Part shown: one piece after another, positions 23,716 through 33,124 of the stretch
How the letters are laid out: every line of letters begins with the position of its first letter
How positions within the stretch are numbered: the stretch's first letter is position 1
DNA from: a virus
Lineage: Duplodnaviria > Caudoviricetes
IMG/VR virus record: IMGVR_UViG_3300044630_004720
Reading direction: 5' to 3' (one strand)
DNA length: 64,000 bases
Made by a program: the position numbers and the translations under genes
The notes under the pieces: model-generated
What the model was told of the DNA's origin: nothing
The model's input: the letters and a program-made list of their open reading frames with translations, nothing else
Database searches by the model: none

Positions 23716-25263
23716 ATGGGATTGGTAATCAAATTAAATAACATTATTTCACCAAATGCATTTACGGTTTCATATAAAACGGGACCAAATCCTTATCCGT
23801 TGGATTCAGGATTTACTCCGTATGGTGGAACGTATGGTGCAGGAACAACATTGGTTGTTGTTAGTGGTATAACTATTAATTTTAATAGTTCGTATTGGTT
23901 TAAAATTACCGATAATGTTACGAATAGATATATTATTGAAAATGTTGAGACAAACGACCCAATAGCATATATGAGTTGTTGTCCGATACCGGTGGACCCA
24001 ACCGCAACTTGTTATCACGAATGTTATCCACCGTCAAATGTGGATGCAGATTGTACTGGAATATTATCAACCCCTACACCAACAGCAACACCTACACCAA
24101 CAGCAACTCCTACACCAACTCCTACACCAACCCCTACACCAACAGCAACCGTGGAGGGACCAACACCAACACCTACCGTAACACCAACTCCTACACCAAC
24201 TGCAACTGCAACACCTACTCCGACCCCTACCCCTACATTGAATATTGTTGACCCTGAAGACCCTACTGTTTATTACTACTATGCAATGGGTGATTGTAAT
24301 GATATGAGATACGCGGGTACCGAAACAACTGTTTTTGGTTTCGGAGCACCAATGGTGGTTCCTGTTTGTATGACCTCCGCACAAATTACTCAATGGTACT
24401 CTACAGCTAATTTTGCACAACAAACGTTAAGTATTGATTACGATGACCCTTGTGCTTTTGGTGAAGGTTATTCAGGTGTAACAGTTGGTAGAAGTACAAC
24501 ACAATTAACAGAAGGAACCGTTTATCTTGTTGATAACCAATGTTTATCTGTTATTTCTGTTAATGAACAATACGTTGGACAATGGGGTGTTGATTTAGAT
24601 AATAGAACCCCAATAGGTGGTAGTAATCCTTGTGGGGCTTGTGACCCACCATTCACTGGTTATACATTAACAGGATATAGTGGTGTGACTTGCGATACAG
24701 GTGAAAATATCCTTGCGGTATCAATACTTGGTAGTTTAGTGGTGGGTAATGAATATGGAATACAATTGTATAGTGGAAATACCCCTATGGGTGATGCTAG
24801 ATGTATGACCATCAACGCCAATCTCGGTCCTCAACTTACTCTTACAGACCCAATAAATAATCCATATTCAGGATATCATATCACAGATGGAGGACCATTT
24901 GAATTAGGACAACCAATGTTCCAAGGATATACAGATTGTGGAACCTGTAATGCCGTACCTAAAAAATATAAAATAGATGGAGTAAGGTGTGACAACTCTC
25001 AATATAGTGTAACTGTATGGTCAGATACATTACCAACAATTGGAATTAATGATACGTTTAGAGTTAATGATTCATTCTTAAACACATTCTGTTGGAAGGT
25101 AACTGCAAAAGATAATTATAAAACAGTAGTATATGGATATCCTGAATATAACATTTTGGATACAGGATGTTCACCTTGTGATGGGTCGGCACCGATAACA
25201 CCGACTCCTATCCCAACTGATGATGGAGGTAGTGGAGGAAGCTCAGGAGGATACGGCGGTTAA
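23716..25263 (+). CDS. Cys-rich virion appendage protein with a PT linker and repeated modules ending in CxxC
   Basis: Modules end in CGAC, CGTC and CSPC. (PT)n linker and Gly-rich tail. Confidence 0.6.
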   Translation: MGLVIKLNNIISPNAFTVSYKTGPNPYPLDSGFTPYGGTYGAGTTLVVVSGITINFNSSYWFKITDNVTNRYIIENVETNDPIAYMSCCPIPVDPTATCYHECYPPSNVDADCTGILSTPTPTATPTPTATPTPTPTPTPTPTATVEGPTPTPTVTPTPTPTATATPTPTPTPTLNIVDPEDPTVYYYYAMGDCNDMRYAGTETTVFGFGAPMVVPVCMTSAQITQWYSTANFAQQTLSIDYDDPCAFGEGYSGVTVGRSTTQLTEGTVYLVDNQCLSVISVNEQYVGQWGVDLDNRTPIGGSNPCGACDPPFTGYTLTGYSGVTCDTGENILAVSILGSLVVGNEYGIQLYSGNTPMGDARCMTINANLGPQLTLTDPINNPYSGYHITDGGPFELGQPMFQGYTDCGTCNAVPKKYKIDGVRCDNSQYSVTVWSDTLPTIGINDTFRVNDSFLNTFCWKVTAKDNYKTVVYGYPEYNILDTGCSPCDGSAPITPTPIPTDDGGSGGSSGGYGG

Positions 25264-25276
25264 AAAAATTAAATAT

Positions 25277-25921
25277 ATGGGAACATTTAATAGAGAAGCT
25301 AATTTAAACGATAGTATTTTTTTTCAAAGAGGAGTTGTTAAATCAACAAATCATTGGACAAGACCATCGTATCAAAAAGTCTATGATTTTTTATTTAATT
25401 TATATCTTAAATCGACAATCATTAAAGATTATGATGTTTATTTAATGGGAGGAGTTTTATTTGATTTCAATAACACTTGGGATTTAGATATGTGTCTTGT
25501 TGGTGGTAACCACACTGATGAAAAAATAGAAAAAGATTTAAATTTTATGATGGATATGGGATTAAATCAATTTAATCTATTATTAGATGTCACTTGGTAT
25601 GAACAAAGACCATCCAATTTAAGATATGACCAAATGGTTGAAAACGAGTTTAAACCAGACAATATTATTCACAAAAAAATAGGATATACCAAAAAACAAA
25701 TTAATAATGAATTTGAAGAAAAAGATTTAAGAAATGACCCAAACTTTATTTTATTGAGTGACTATTTGGTTCAAGGAAATTATGGAGTAAATGGTAGACA
25801 TACCGAAAAAATGATAAATAAAGTTCAAAATAACACGAAACCGGAAACAATAACAACATTTAGTGTTATGGATTTTTTAAAAGAAAATGAAAGTTATTTC
25901 CATTCTAACACAAATAGATAA
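25277..25921 (+). CDS. Putative nucleotidyltransferase (Pol-beta superfamily, minimal type)
   Basis: YLMGG-x9-DLDMCL matches hG[GS]-x9-13-DhD. A third Asp occurs in LLLDVTW. Start set to ATG 25277, just after the upstream stop. Confidence 0.6.
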   Translation: MGTFNREANLNDSIFFQRGVVKSTNHWTRPSYQKVYDFLFNLYLKSTIIKDYDVYLMGGVLFDFNNTWDLDMCLVGGNHTDEKIEKDLNFMMDMGLNQFNLLLDVTWYEQRPSNLRYDQMVENEFKPDNIIHKKIGYTKKQINNEFEEKDLRNDPNFILLSDYLVQGNYGVNGRHTEKMINKVQNNTKPETITTFSVMDFLKENESYFHSNTNR

Positions 25922-25946
25922 AATAAAAAAAACGTATTTATAATAA

Positions 25947-27074
25947 ATGGCAAATTTAACAATATCTTGGACGGCACCAACACCTTGTGTTGGATGTACT
26001 TACGAATATAGATATAAATTATCTACTGATACGACTTATATAACAGGAGCAACATCAAATACTTCTGTGTCGATTTCATCATTAACAGACGCGGCGACAT
26101 ATTATTATGGTGTAAGAACTGTTTGTGGTAGTATAAGAAGTGCTTGGTCAAACACATCCAATCCATCTGCTTTTACTGTTACTTGTGATAGTGAACCACC
26201 ATTAACTGCTACACCTACACCAACACCTACATCGACACCTACAATTGGACCAACTGCAACACCAACCGCAACACCAACCGCAACACCAACACCAACTGCG
26301 ACAGCAACCCCAACACCTACACCTACGGCAACTTTAACATCATATTGTGTTAGATTAACAATAGGTACTGTACAAAATGGTGGCGTTTGTTCATATGACA
26401 AATACAGAACTGCGACAGTAACATTGTACGATGCAACAGGCACTAACGTTGTTAATGCACCATCTGATATTGAAATAGTATTAGAAGTCTATACTGATGG
26501 AATATTTTCACCTGTAACAATAACAATACCTAGTGGACAACCTTCAGGTTCAGATGACATATATGTTTTAGTTTGGGATGATTGCGGTGAAAGAAATGAA
26601 TCATTCGCAAGCACAATAGATGGTATATGGAGCACTCCTGCAAATATTACCGAATGTGTGACTCCTACACCGACACCTACATCACCACCAGTCTACCTTT
26701 ATTATAGAGCAAATGAAATACTTTGGGATAACGTAGGAACAACATATTGTACTTTACCAGGGTATACTATGACGGGTCCATTATATTCTCTTAGTGCAAC
26801 GTTTACACCGGGTTCAACAGTATTATATACTGATTACGGATTACAAGATACATATGTGGGTCAATGGACCAATAGTTCAAACTATCGATTTGCATATATT
26901 TCACAAGCACAACACGAAGCATATTTAAATTATCCAAGCTACCCTAACACATATGACCCAGACGGTGATGGAAATATGGGAGGAATATTTAAGTGGGCAG
27001 GAGTAGACGCGTCAGGTGTGGTACAAACAACAGGAACTTATAGTTGTTCCGGTGGCGGCGGCGGAACCGAATAA
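25947..27074 (+). CDS. Virion protein with an N-terminal fibronectin type III domain and a PT linker
   Basis: LTISWTAP...YEYRYK...SISSLTDAATYYYGVRTVC is the FN3 signature. Confidence 0.7.
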   Translation: MANLTISWTAPTPCVGCTYEYRYKLSTDTTYITGATSNTSVSISSLTDAATYYYGVRTVCGSIRSAWSNTSNPSAFTVTCDSEPPLTATPTPTPTSTPTIGPTATPTATPTATPTPTATATPTPTPTATLTSYCVRLTIGTVQNGGVCSYDKYRTATVTLYDATGTNVVNAPSDIEIVLEVYTDGIFSPVTITIPSGQPSGSDDIYVLVWDDCGERNESFASTIDGIWSTPANITECVTPTPTPTSPPVYLYYRANEILWDNVGTTYCTLPGYTMTGPLYSLSATFTPGSTVLYTDYGLQDTYVGQWTNSSNYRFAYISQAQHEAYLNYPSYPNTYDPDGDGNMGGIFKWAGVDASGVVQTTGTYSCSGGGGGTE

Positions 27075-27084
27075 TAAAAAAGAG

Positions 27085-27091
27085 TATTTAT
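27085..27091 (+). promoter_or_regulatory. TATTTAT motif, candidate late promoter (representative of ~15 copies)
   Basis: Also at 2924, 5262, 12583, 22434, 23704, 25935, 29332, 29989, 38770, 45507, 50458, 53016, 53839 and 56326. Each copy lies just upstream of a + strand gene or RNA start. Confidence 0.65.
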
Positions 27092-27096
27092 AAGAT

Positions 27097-29307
27097 ATGA
27101 GTTTTTTACACGAAAATGAATCAGAGCATATAGCGGCAAGAATTACCAATGAAGGTAGACAAAAAATTGCTGAGGGTAATTTCAATGTTGAATATTTCCA
27201 AATCGGGGATTCTGAATTTGATTACAATTTTGATGCTTACAATGGTATAACAGGAACAACAAATCCTTCACAAAAAGTTTTTACACCATTAGATAAAGAT
27301 TCAATCGTGAAATACCCATATAAAGTTTCACAATCATCAATTACGGGTACAACATACGGTACACCCGTACAAGTTTCTCAAATTGAAACAATTAGAAATG
27401 AGATGGGTCCTGCTGGTTTTGTTTCAGCGTATTTAGAATTTGACGACAGTACGAGTCCTTGTACAGGTTCAACTATTGAATGTACACACACTCAGGTATC
27501 AATATCTGCGATTTCAGGAACAACAACTTTATATATAACAGGAGGAACATTTTCAGATTGTGAATTTATAACAATCGCATTTACACAACTAATTGGAACT
27601 GACCCATCTCATCCAATCATCAGCGGCTCATCAACAAGTTTAATTTATAAAGTATTAAGTTACACATCAGATGTAACTGTAAACACATTAACATTAGATA
27701 GAAATATGCCAAATATGGCATCAATATGTTCGGGAGGATTTGCAACAGTTATTTGTAATAAGTGTAATCCATTTTTTTCAGGACAATACGATACTGATTT
27801 AACTTGTTTACCAAATACACAAAATCCTGAAGACCAACAAGACCCTTGGACGTTAAATATCGTTTGGAGTACGGAACCCGCGGGTATGGATGTTTTCGAA
27901 GCAAATCAAGATGATAGAGATGAAGAAATATCCGGATACACTTCAAACATATTTGTATCAATAAAAGAATTTTTAGGATATGGTTCATCATCAGGTCAAA
28001 CATCAAATACGGGAACAACAATCACAAACACATTTGGTGACGTTGTAATCGTAACACCTGAAGAACAACATTCATTGGCTATATTACACTATTCGGAATT
28101 GAATAGTGAGAGAGAACCTGAAAAGTTTTTTAAATACGAAGATTATATTAGTACGAATGATAGTGTTGAAGATGCTTTACTTTACGATGAAGATAATGCG
28201 GAAGTAACTGATAGGCAATACTTTGAAATTTATATACCATTTCTTTATTATGAAAGAAATACCGGTTCAACAATAGGTGCTAGATTCTTTATGGGTACGA
28301 CTGATTATTACATTAACTCAAGTGCAATTGATACTAAATTGAATAAGTTGAAGTATCGTTATTTGATTGATGAGCAAAATGTAAAAGTTGGTAAGATATT
28401 CTACAATCACAAAACGATTGTATTTGACGACCAAGAAATTGTTGCAACATTAGATTATAAATCAAATAGAAAATATACATTGCCAATTCCGAGAGTTGCA
28501 CAAGTTCCTGTTGATACAAAATGTGGTGTTGATGGTAATCCATTAGAACCATTAATGAGTGGAACAACAGGTCAGACAGTATATGTAAGTTATCTATTTA
28601 GTGGAAATACTTCACTTAACGGACTACATTGTAATCATTATTCAAAAATAACAGGAACAACATTAAACGCTGATATTTCATTTAAATTTTCCGACAATAG
28701 TTTTCAATTTATGAGAACAACAGATTGTGGAAATATATCGGGATACACAGCAACTAAAATGTATGCTTTAGTGCAGTTAGTAGATACAGGTGAGCAACCG
28801 GAACCAAGTAATTGGAGAAAAATTGATATAACGTCAGATATACCCGGTCATACTGTTGGTTCATTAATTAATCCCATTAATTTAAGAGGAACAAGATTTA
28901 TAATCACAAACAATGATTATGAATTTATTTCATTTGGCGGAAACGCAAGTCGTTATGATATTGAGGATTATCTTGGTAATTTCCCTGATAATCCCGCGGC
29001 AGACCACCCAATATATTCAGGTAGTAGTTATTTAATGACAACTCCTCAGTTCGGAGATAAACAACCATTCCCCGGTTCAATTAAATTGGTAAGAGCAAGT
29101 GATTTAGCTGTGATGAGATTCTTAGTGAATCTTCCATCAGGAACATTTGAATCAACTCAAAACCCAACATACGTTTCAGGTAAACAAAAGAAGATAACGG
29201 AGATTGCATTACTAAATGCAAACAAAGATGTTATTGTAATTGGAAAAACACCAAAACCAATCAATAGAACAGGTACACAAGTCTTCGCAGTTAAAATAGA
29301 TTTATAA
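27097..29307 (+). CDS. Tail collar/fibre-attachment-like protein (DUF3751-like N- and C-terminal halves around a large insert)
   Basis: N-term ITNEGRQKIAEGNFNVEYFQIGDSE; C-term ITEIALLNANKDVIVIGK...FAVKIDL. Confidence 0.55.
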   Translation: MSFLHENESEHIAARITNEGRQKIAEGNFNVEYFQIGDSEFDYNFDAYNGITGTTNPSQKVFTPLDKDSIVKYPYKVSQSSITGTTYGTPVQVSQIETIRNEMGPAGFVSAYLEFDDSTSPCTGSTIECTHTQVSISAISGTTTLYITGGTFSDCEFITIAFTQLIGTDPSHPIISGSSTSLIYKVLSYTSDVTVNTLTLDRNMPNMASICSGGFATVICNKCNPFFSGQYDTDLTCLPNTQNPEDQQDPWTLNIVWSTEPAGMDVFEANQDDRDEEISGYTSNIFVSIKEFLGYGSSSGQTSNTGTTITNTFGDVVIVTPEEQHSLAILHYSELNSEREPEKFFKYEDYISTNDSVEDALLYDEDNAEVTDRQYFEIYIPFLYYERNTGSTIGARFFMGTTDYYINSSAIDTKLNKLKYRYLIDEQNVKVGKIFYNHKTIVFDDQEIVATLDYKSNRKYTLPIPRVAQVPVDTKCGVDGNPLEPLMSGTTGQTVYVSYLFSGNTSLNGLHCNHYSKITGTTLNADISFKFSDNSFQFMRTTDCGNISGYTATKMYALVQLVDTGEQPEPSNWRKIDITSDIPGHTVGSLINPINLRGTRFIITNNDYEFISFGGNASRYDIEDYLGNFPDNPAADHPIYSGSSYLMTTPQFGDKQPFPGSIKLVRASDLAVMRFLVNLPSGTFESTQNPTYVSGKQKKITEIALLNANKDVIVIGKTPKPINRTGTQVFAVKIDL

Positions 29308-29348
29308 AACCATTTACAAAACAAAATATATTATTTATATATTGTTTT

Positions 29349-29960
29349 ATGGAGAATAGTCTAAAAAACAAAGCGAAGATTTTGGGTCTCGACATCTCAA
29401 CCAAAACTATTGGTTGGGCTCTTTTTGATATGAATGGTTCTAAACTTTTAGAACTTACTCATTTCTCACCCAAAATAAAACCACAGCCGGAGGAAAAGAT
29501 TGAGGAGTTGTTATTGAAAGCAGAAGCATTCAAAAAACACATCGAAGGTTATAAAAATATGGGTATCTCAAGAATCGTAATTGAAGAACCTTTACTACAA
29601 TCTAATAACGTTTATACTGTCGGTACATTATTAAGATACAATACATTGATTCTTAAGAATTGTTATGATGTGTTTGGTATCGTACCAACATTTATATCGA
29701 CCTACAATGCAAGAAAATTTGCGTTCCCTGACTTGGTTGGAGAAAATGATAAAGGTAGAAACGTACTATTTGGTGGATATCCAAAAGACATCGATAAGAA
29801 ACACGTCATTTGGGAACACGTAAATGCAGTTTGTCCTGATGTTAGTTGGTTATATGGAAAGACAGGTAGTCTGAAAAAAGAAAATTATGATATGGCGGAT
29901 GCTGCAACTGCGGTGATTGGTTTTGTCAATATGTTGAAATCAGAAAAATCCGGCAAGTAA
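29349..29960 (+). CDS. RuvC-like Holliday junction resolvase
   Basis: ILGLDISTKTIGWA, IVIEEP and YDMADAA supply the RNase H-fold acidic residues. Confidence 0.8.
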   Translation: MENSLKNKAKILGLDISTKTIGWALFDMNGSKLLELTHFSPKIKPQPEEKIEELLLKAEAFKKHIEGYKNMGISRIVIEEPLLQSNNVYTVGTLLRYNTLILKNCYDVFGIVPTFISTYNARKFAFPDLVGENDKGRNVLFGGYPKDIDKKHVIWEHVNAVCPDVSWLYGKTGSLKKENYDMADAATAVIGFVNMLKSEKSGK

Positions 29961-29963
29961 AAT

Positions 29964-29995
29964 TTTACATTAGGAAAAAACAATAATATATTTAT
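29964..29995 (+). promoter_or_regulatory. sigma70-like promoter overlapping a TATTTAT motif
   Basis: TTTACA (29964)-N17-TATATT (29987); TATTTAT at 29989. Confidence 0.6.
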
Positions 29996-30000
29996 TAATA

Positions 30001-30072
30001 GGACGGGACGTGGAGATAAAAATCCGCGTTTGGTTGGTGTTCCCCCGGAGTGGTGTCCGGGGGATTTTTTTT
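30001..30072 (+). ncRNA. Candidate small structured RNA (two hairpins, the second an intrinsic terminator)
   Basis: GC-rich island starting right after a promoter. Hairpin ACGTGGA/TCCGCGT, then a perfect 9-bp TCCCCCGGA/TCCGGGGGA stem followed by T8. Confidence 0.5.
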
Positions 30073-30101
30073 ATCCCTTTTTTTTTCTTATATTTTGTAC
30101 T

Positions 30102-31043
30102 ATGGGTACATCCGATTTTGATTACGGACCAATAGTAGACATTCTCGAAGACATTTTGGGTGATTATCGAATGCATAATGACTACAAAGGTCAGATGTCT
30201 TTTGATTGCCCTGTTTGTTCGTATGAGATAAAAGGGTTGGACCACGGAGATGGAAAAGGTAATCTTGAGGTGAATTACAAATATAACGTTTATAAATGTT
30301 GGTCTTGTGGTGAAACAAATGATACCCACGGGTCAATACATAAATTGATTAAAAAGTACGGAACCACAAAACATTTAAAAAGATACGAATTGATTATGCC
30401 TGAAGAGGCATATGAGAACACTAAAGTGAAAAAAAATTATGTAAGATTACCTAAGGAGTTCATCCCATTCACATCAGTTAGTGAAGGATTAAAGAAAACA
30501 CATTTTTATAAACAAGCACTCAATTACATACAGAAAAGAAATATAACAGATGAAATAATAAAAAGAAATAATATTGGATTCTGTTATGATGGTCATTATA
30601 TGAATAGAATTATTATACCATCATATGATGAGAATAATAATTTGAATTATTTTATTGCTAGGTCCTACGAACATAAACCAAAATTAAAATATAAAAACCC
30701 CGAAGCTCAAAAAGAAATAATCATTTGGAACGAACACTTAATTAAGTGGGACGAACCAATATACATTGTGGAAGGTGCATTTGATAGTATCTTTTTAGAA
30801 AATTCAATCCCGATGTTAGGTAAAGTGATGAGTGAAAAATTATTCTCATTACTTTATGAAAAGGCTAAAGAGATTATTGTTGTACTTGATGGAGATGCTT
30901 GGGAAAACACACAAAGAATATATAATAAACTAAATGGTGGTAGATTGTTTGGAAGTGTGTGGGCAATAAAATTACCAATCGATAAAGATGTTGCAGATTT
31001 GCAAGGAGACTTATCCCAATTTGAAAAAATACAATTAAAATAA
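30102..31043 (+). CDS. dnaG: DnaG-like DNA primase (Zn finger plus TOPRIM)
   Basis: CPVC...CWSC zinc finger, RIIIP, IVEGAFD and VLDGDA TOPRIM motifs. Start set to ATG 30102 because the earlier start falls in the RNA/terminator. Confidence 0.85.
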   Translation: MGTSDFDYGPIVDILEDILGDYRMHNDYKGQMSFDCPVCSYEIKGLDHGDGKGNLEVNYKYNVYKCWSCGETNDTHGSIHKLIKKYGTTKHLKRYELIMPEEAYENTKVKKNYVRLPKEFIPFTSVSEGLKKTHFYKQALNYIQKRNITDEIIKRNNIGFCYDGHYMNRIIIPSYDENNNLNYFIARSYEHKPKLKYKNPEAQKEIIIWNEHLIKWDEPIYIVEGAFDSIFLENSIPMLGKVMSEKLFSLLYEKAKEIIVVLDGDAWENTQRIYNKLNGGRLFGSVWAIKLPIDKDVADLQGDLSQFEKIQLK

Positions 31044-31900
31044 TGGATTTAAAATTAATATCTGAAGAGATAAATGAATTACTCGAAGTAAGACGTAAAG
31101 AATTAGAACTAACCTTTATAGAGGACCAACACACGTATTATATGAAAGATACGAATGGTGTGTTGAGAAAAACCTTTCCATCGGTATCAAAAGTAGTTAA
31201 AAAGTTTCATAAACATTTTGATGCGGAAGGTACCGCACTAAGAATGTCAAATGGTGACCCTGAAGCTGCTAGGTTATTACAAGAACAGTGGAAAGAAGCT
31301 GGTTCATATTCTACAAATATGGGAAGTAGAGTTCACTTTGAATTGGAGAGTTATACTGTCGATATGTTCGGTGGTTATAAAGATGTTAGACAACCAATAT
31401 TTGAAGTGGATGAATCTCAAATATTGAAGAGTGATAGTATGATTAGTGCAGGTAAAGAGTTCGTAGAACTAATGGTTAAAAGAGGTGCAATTCTAATTGA
31501 TACGGAAAGTGTACTTGGTGACAATGAACTTGAGTATACAGGACAACCAGATAAGTTGTGGTTAATGATGAATAAAGAACAAACCGATTTTGGATTGGTG
31601 ATTACCGATTGGAAAACAAATCAACCTAAAAACTTCGAAGTTCAACATTATACAGGAAGAATGTTTGCTCCGTTTCAAGAATATCACGACACTGCTTTAG
31701 GACATTATTATTTACAATTACCATTATATGCAAGATTGTTCTTAAAAATGTTGAAAGGAACAAAATATGAAAATATTAAATTGTTGGGTTGTGTTATTGT
31801 TTTATTAAAAGATGACGGAACATTCGTTGAATACAAAGTTCCGGCTCAAGTGAACAACACAATTTTAAATATGGATATTACAAAATACACAAAGAAATGA
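31043..31900 (+). CDS. PD-(D/E)XK exonuclease
   Basis: PSVS...GSRVH...TGQPDKL...ITDWKTN...YYLQLPLY. Confidence 0.8.
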   Translation: MDLKLISEEINELLEVRRKELELTFIEDQHTYYMKDTNGVLRKTFPSVSKVVKKFHKHFDAEGTALRMSNGDPEAARLLQEQWKEAGSYSTNMGSRVHFELESYTVDMFGGYKDVRQPIFEVDESQILKSDSMISAGKEFVELMVKRGAILIDTESVLGDNELEYTGQPDKLWLMMNKEQTDFGLVITDWKTNQPKNFEVQHYTGRMFAPFQEYHDTALGHYYLQLPLYARLFLKMLKGTKYENIKLLGCVIVLLKDDGTFVEYKVPAQVNNTILNMDITKYTKK

Positions 31901-32721
31901 TAAAGAAAATAATTCACATTGCGGACTTACACATTCGTACAATTCAACTACACGAATTGTATAAAACACAATTTGATAGATTCATTGAAGAAATTAGAGA
32001 ACACTCAGTTCAATGGACATCAGAAGGTATTAGATGGGATGAAATACGAATTGTTATCGCAGGGGACATTGCACATCAAAAGATTAATATATCCAATGAA
32101 CAATTGTTATTAACGAGTTGGTTTCTAAATCAATTAACCAGTTATGGTAAAGTGATTATCATTCCGGGTAACCACGACTTTTTGGAGAATAACACACAAC
32201 GTATTGATAGTATCACTCCTATTGTGGAATTGTTAGATAATAAAAACATCACATACCTAAAAGATAGTGGTGATTATTTAGATACCGATGGTAATGTCCA
32301 ATGGGTAGTGTATTCATTATATCAACACAATGTTAGACCTGAATTCACTAAACAAGAAGGGTTATTAACAATCGGTTTATTTCACGGACCAATACAAGGA
32401 CTATCAACTGATTTAGGGTTTGAGTTTGAAGATGCGTATGATAGATTAAACTTCGTCGATTTGGATTTATTATTATGTGGAGACATACATAAAAGACAAC
32501 AGTTTATATTACCAAATGGAGGAAAGGCGGTAATGGTTGGTAGTATGATACAACAAAATTTTGGTGAGACAGTAAAACATCACGGGTATGGAATCTATGA
32601 TGTTAAAACTGATGATTACACGTTTTATGATTTACCGAATGAATCACCGTTCTTACATTTTAAAATAACTGATATAACAGACATTGACAATGAAAAAGAA
32701 GAGCTCCTTAACGCTGGATGA
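31897..32721 (+). CDS. sbcD: SbcD/Mre11 (T4 gp47-like) metallophosphoesterase nuclease, short form
   Basis: HIADLH, AGDIAH, PGNHD, FHG and GDIH motifs. Confidence 0.88.
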   Translation: MIKKIIHIADLHIRTIQLHELYKTQFDRFIEEIREHSVQWTSEGIRWDEIRIVIAGDIAHQKINISNEQLLLTSWFLNQLTSYGKVIIIPGNHDFLENNTQRIDSITPIVELLDNKNITYLKDSGDYLDTDGNVQWVVYSLYQHNVRPEFTKQEGLLTIGLFHGPIQGLSTDLGFEFEDAYDRLNFVDLDLLLCGDIHKRQQFILPNGGKAVMVGSMIQQNFGETVKHHGYGIYDVKTDDYTFYDLPNESPFLHFKITDITDIDNEKEELLNAG

Positions 32722-33124
32722 TGAATTTTTGGAATATTGTCGATTAAATAATATTGATGATGTTGAAAAATTGGCAAAAGATACTTTTAACAGAGGTTTC
32801 ACTATACTAAAATATGGTGAGACCCCTTTTGGTTTAAAACCGACCGAAAAGATAGTAGAGAAAGAAGTGGTCAAAGAGGTTATAGTTGAAGTAGAAAAGA
32901 TAGTCAACGTTGAGGTGATTAAAGAAGTTCCTGTAAATGTTAAAGGTGAAACGGAAATCATCACAAAAGAGATAAAAGTAGTGGACACCGAAGAAATTGA
33001 TAAATTAAAAAAACAATTACAGGATAAACAAGAAGAAATTAATAAACTAAATGATGCTTTGAATAAATTTAATAAAGCAACATTTATGAAAAATAGTAAT
33101 TTAAATACGCTATATGACGAATAG
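32690..33124 (+). CDS. Hypothetical protein (RHH-like N-terminus, EV/KEV repeats, coiled coil)
   Basis: KKSSLTLDDEFLEYC start; VEKEVVKEVIVEVEK low complexity. Confidence 0.5.
   Translation: MKKKSSLTLDDEFLEYCRLNNIDDVEKLAKDTFNRGFTILKYGETPFGLKPTEKIVEKEVVKEVIVEVEKIVNVEVIKEVPVNVKGETEIITKEIKVVDTEEIDKLKKQLQDKQEEINKLNDALNKFNKATFMKNSNLNTLYDE

Noticed and set aside
30001-30072. tRNA interpretation of the GC-rich element
   Set aside because: No cloverleaf, T-psi-C loop or CCA end. I saw no tRNA genes anywhere in the window.
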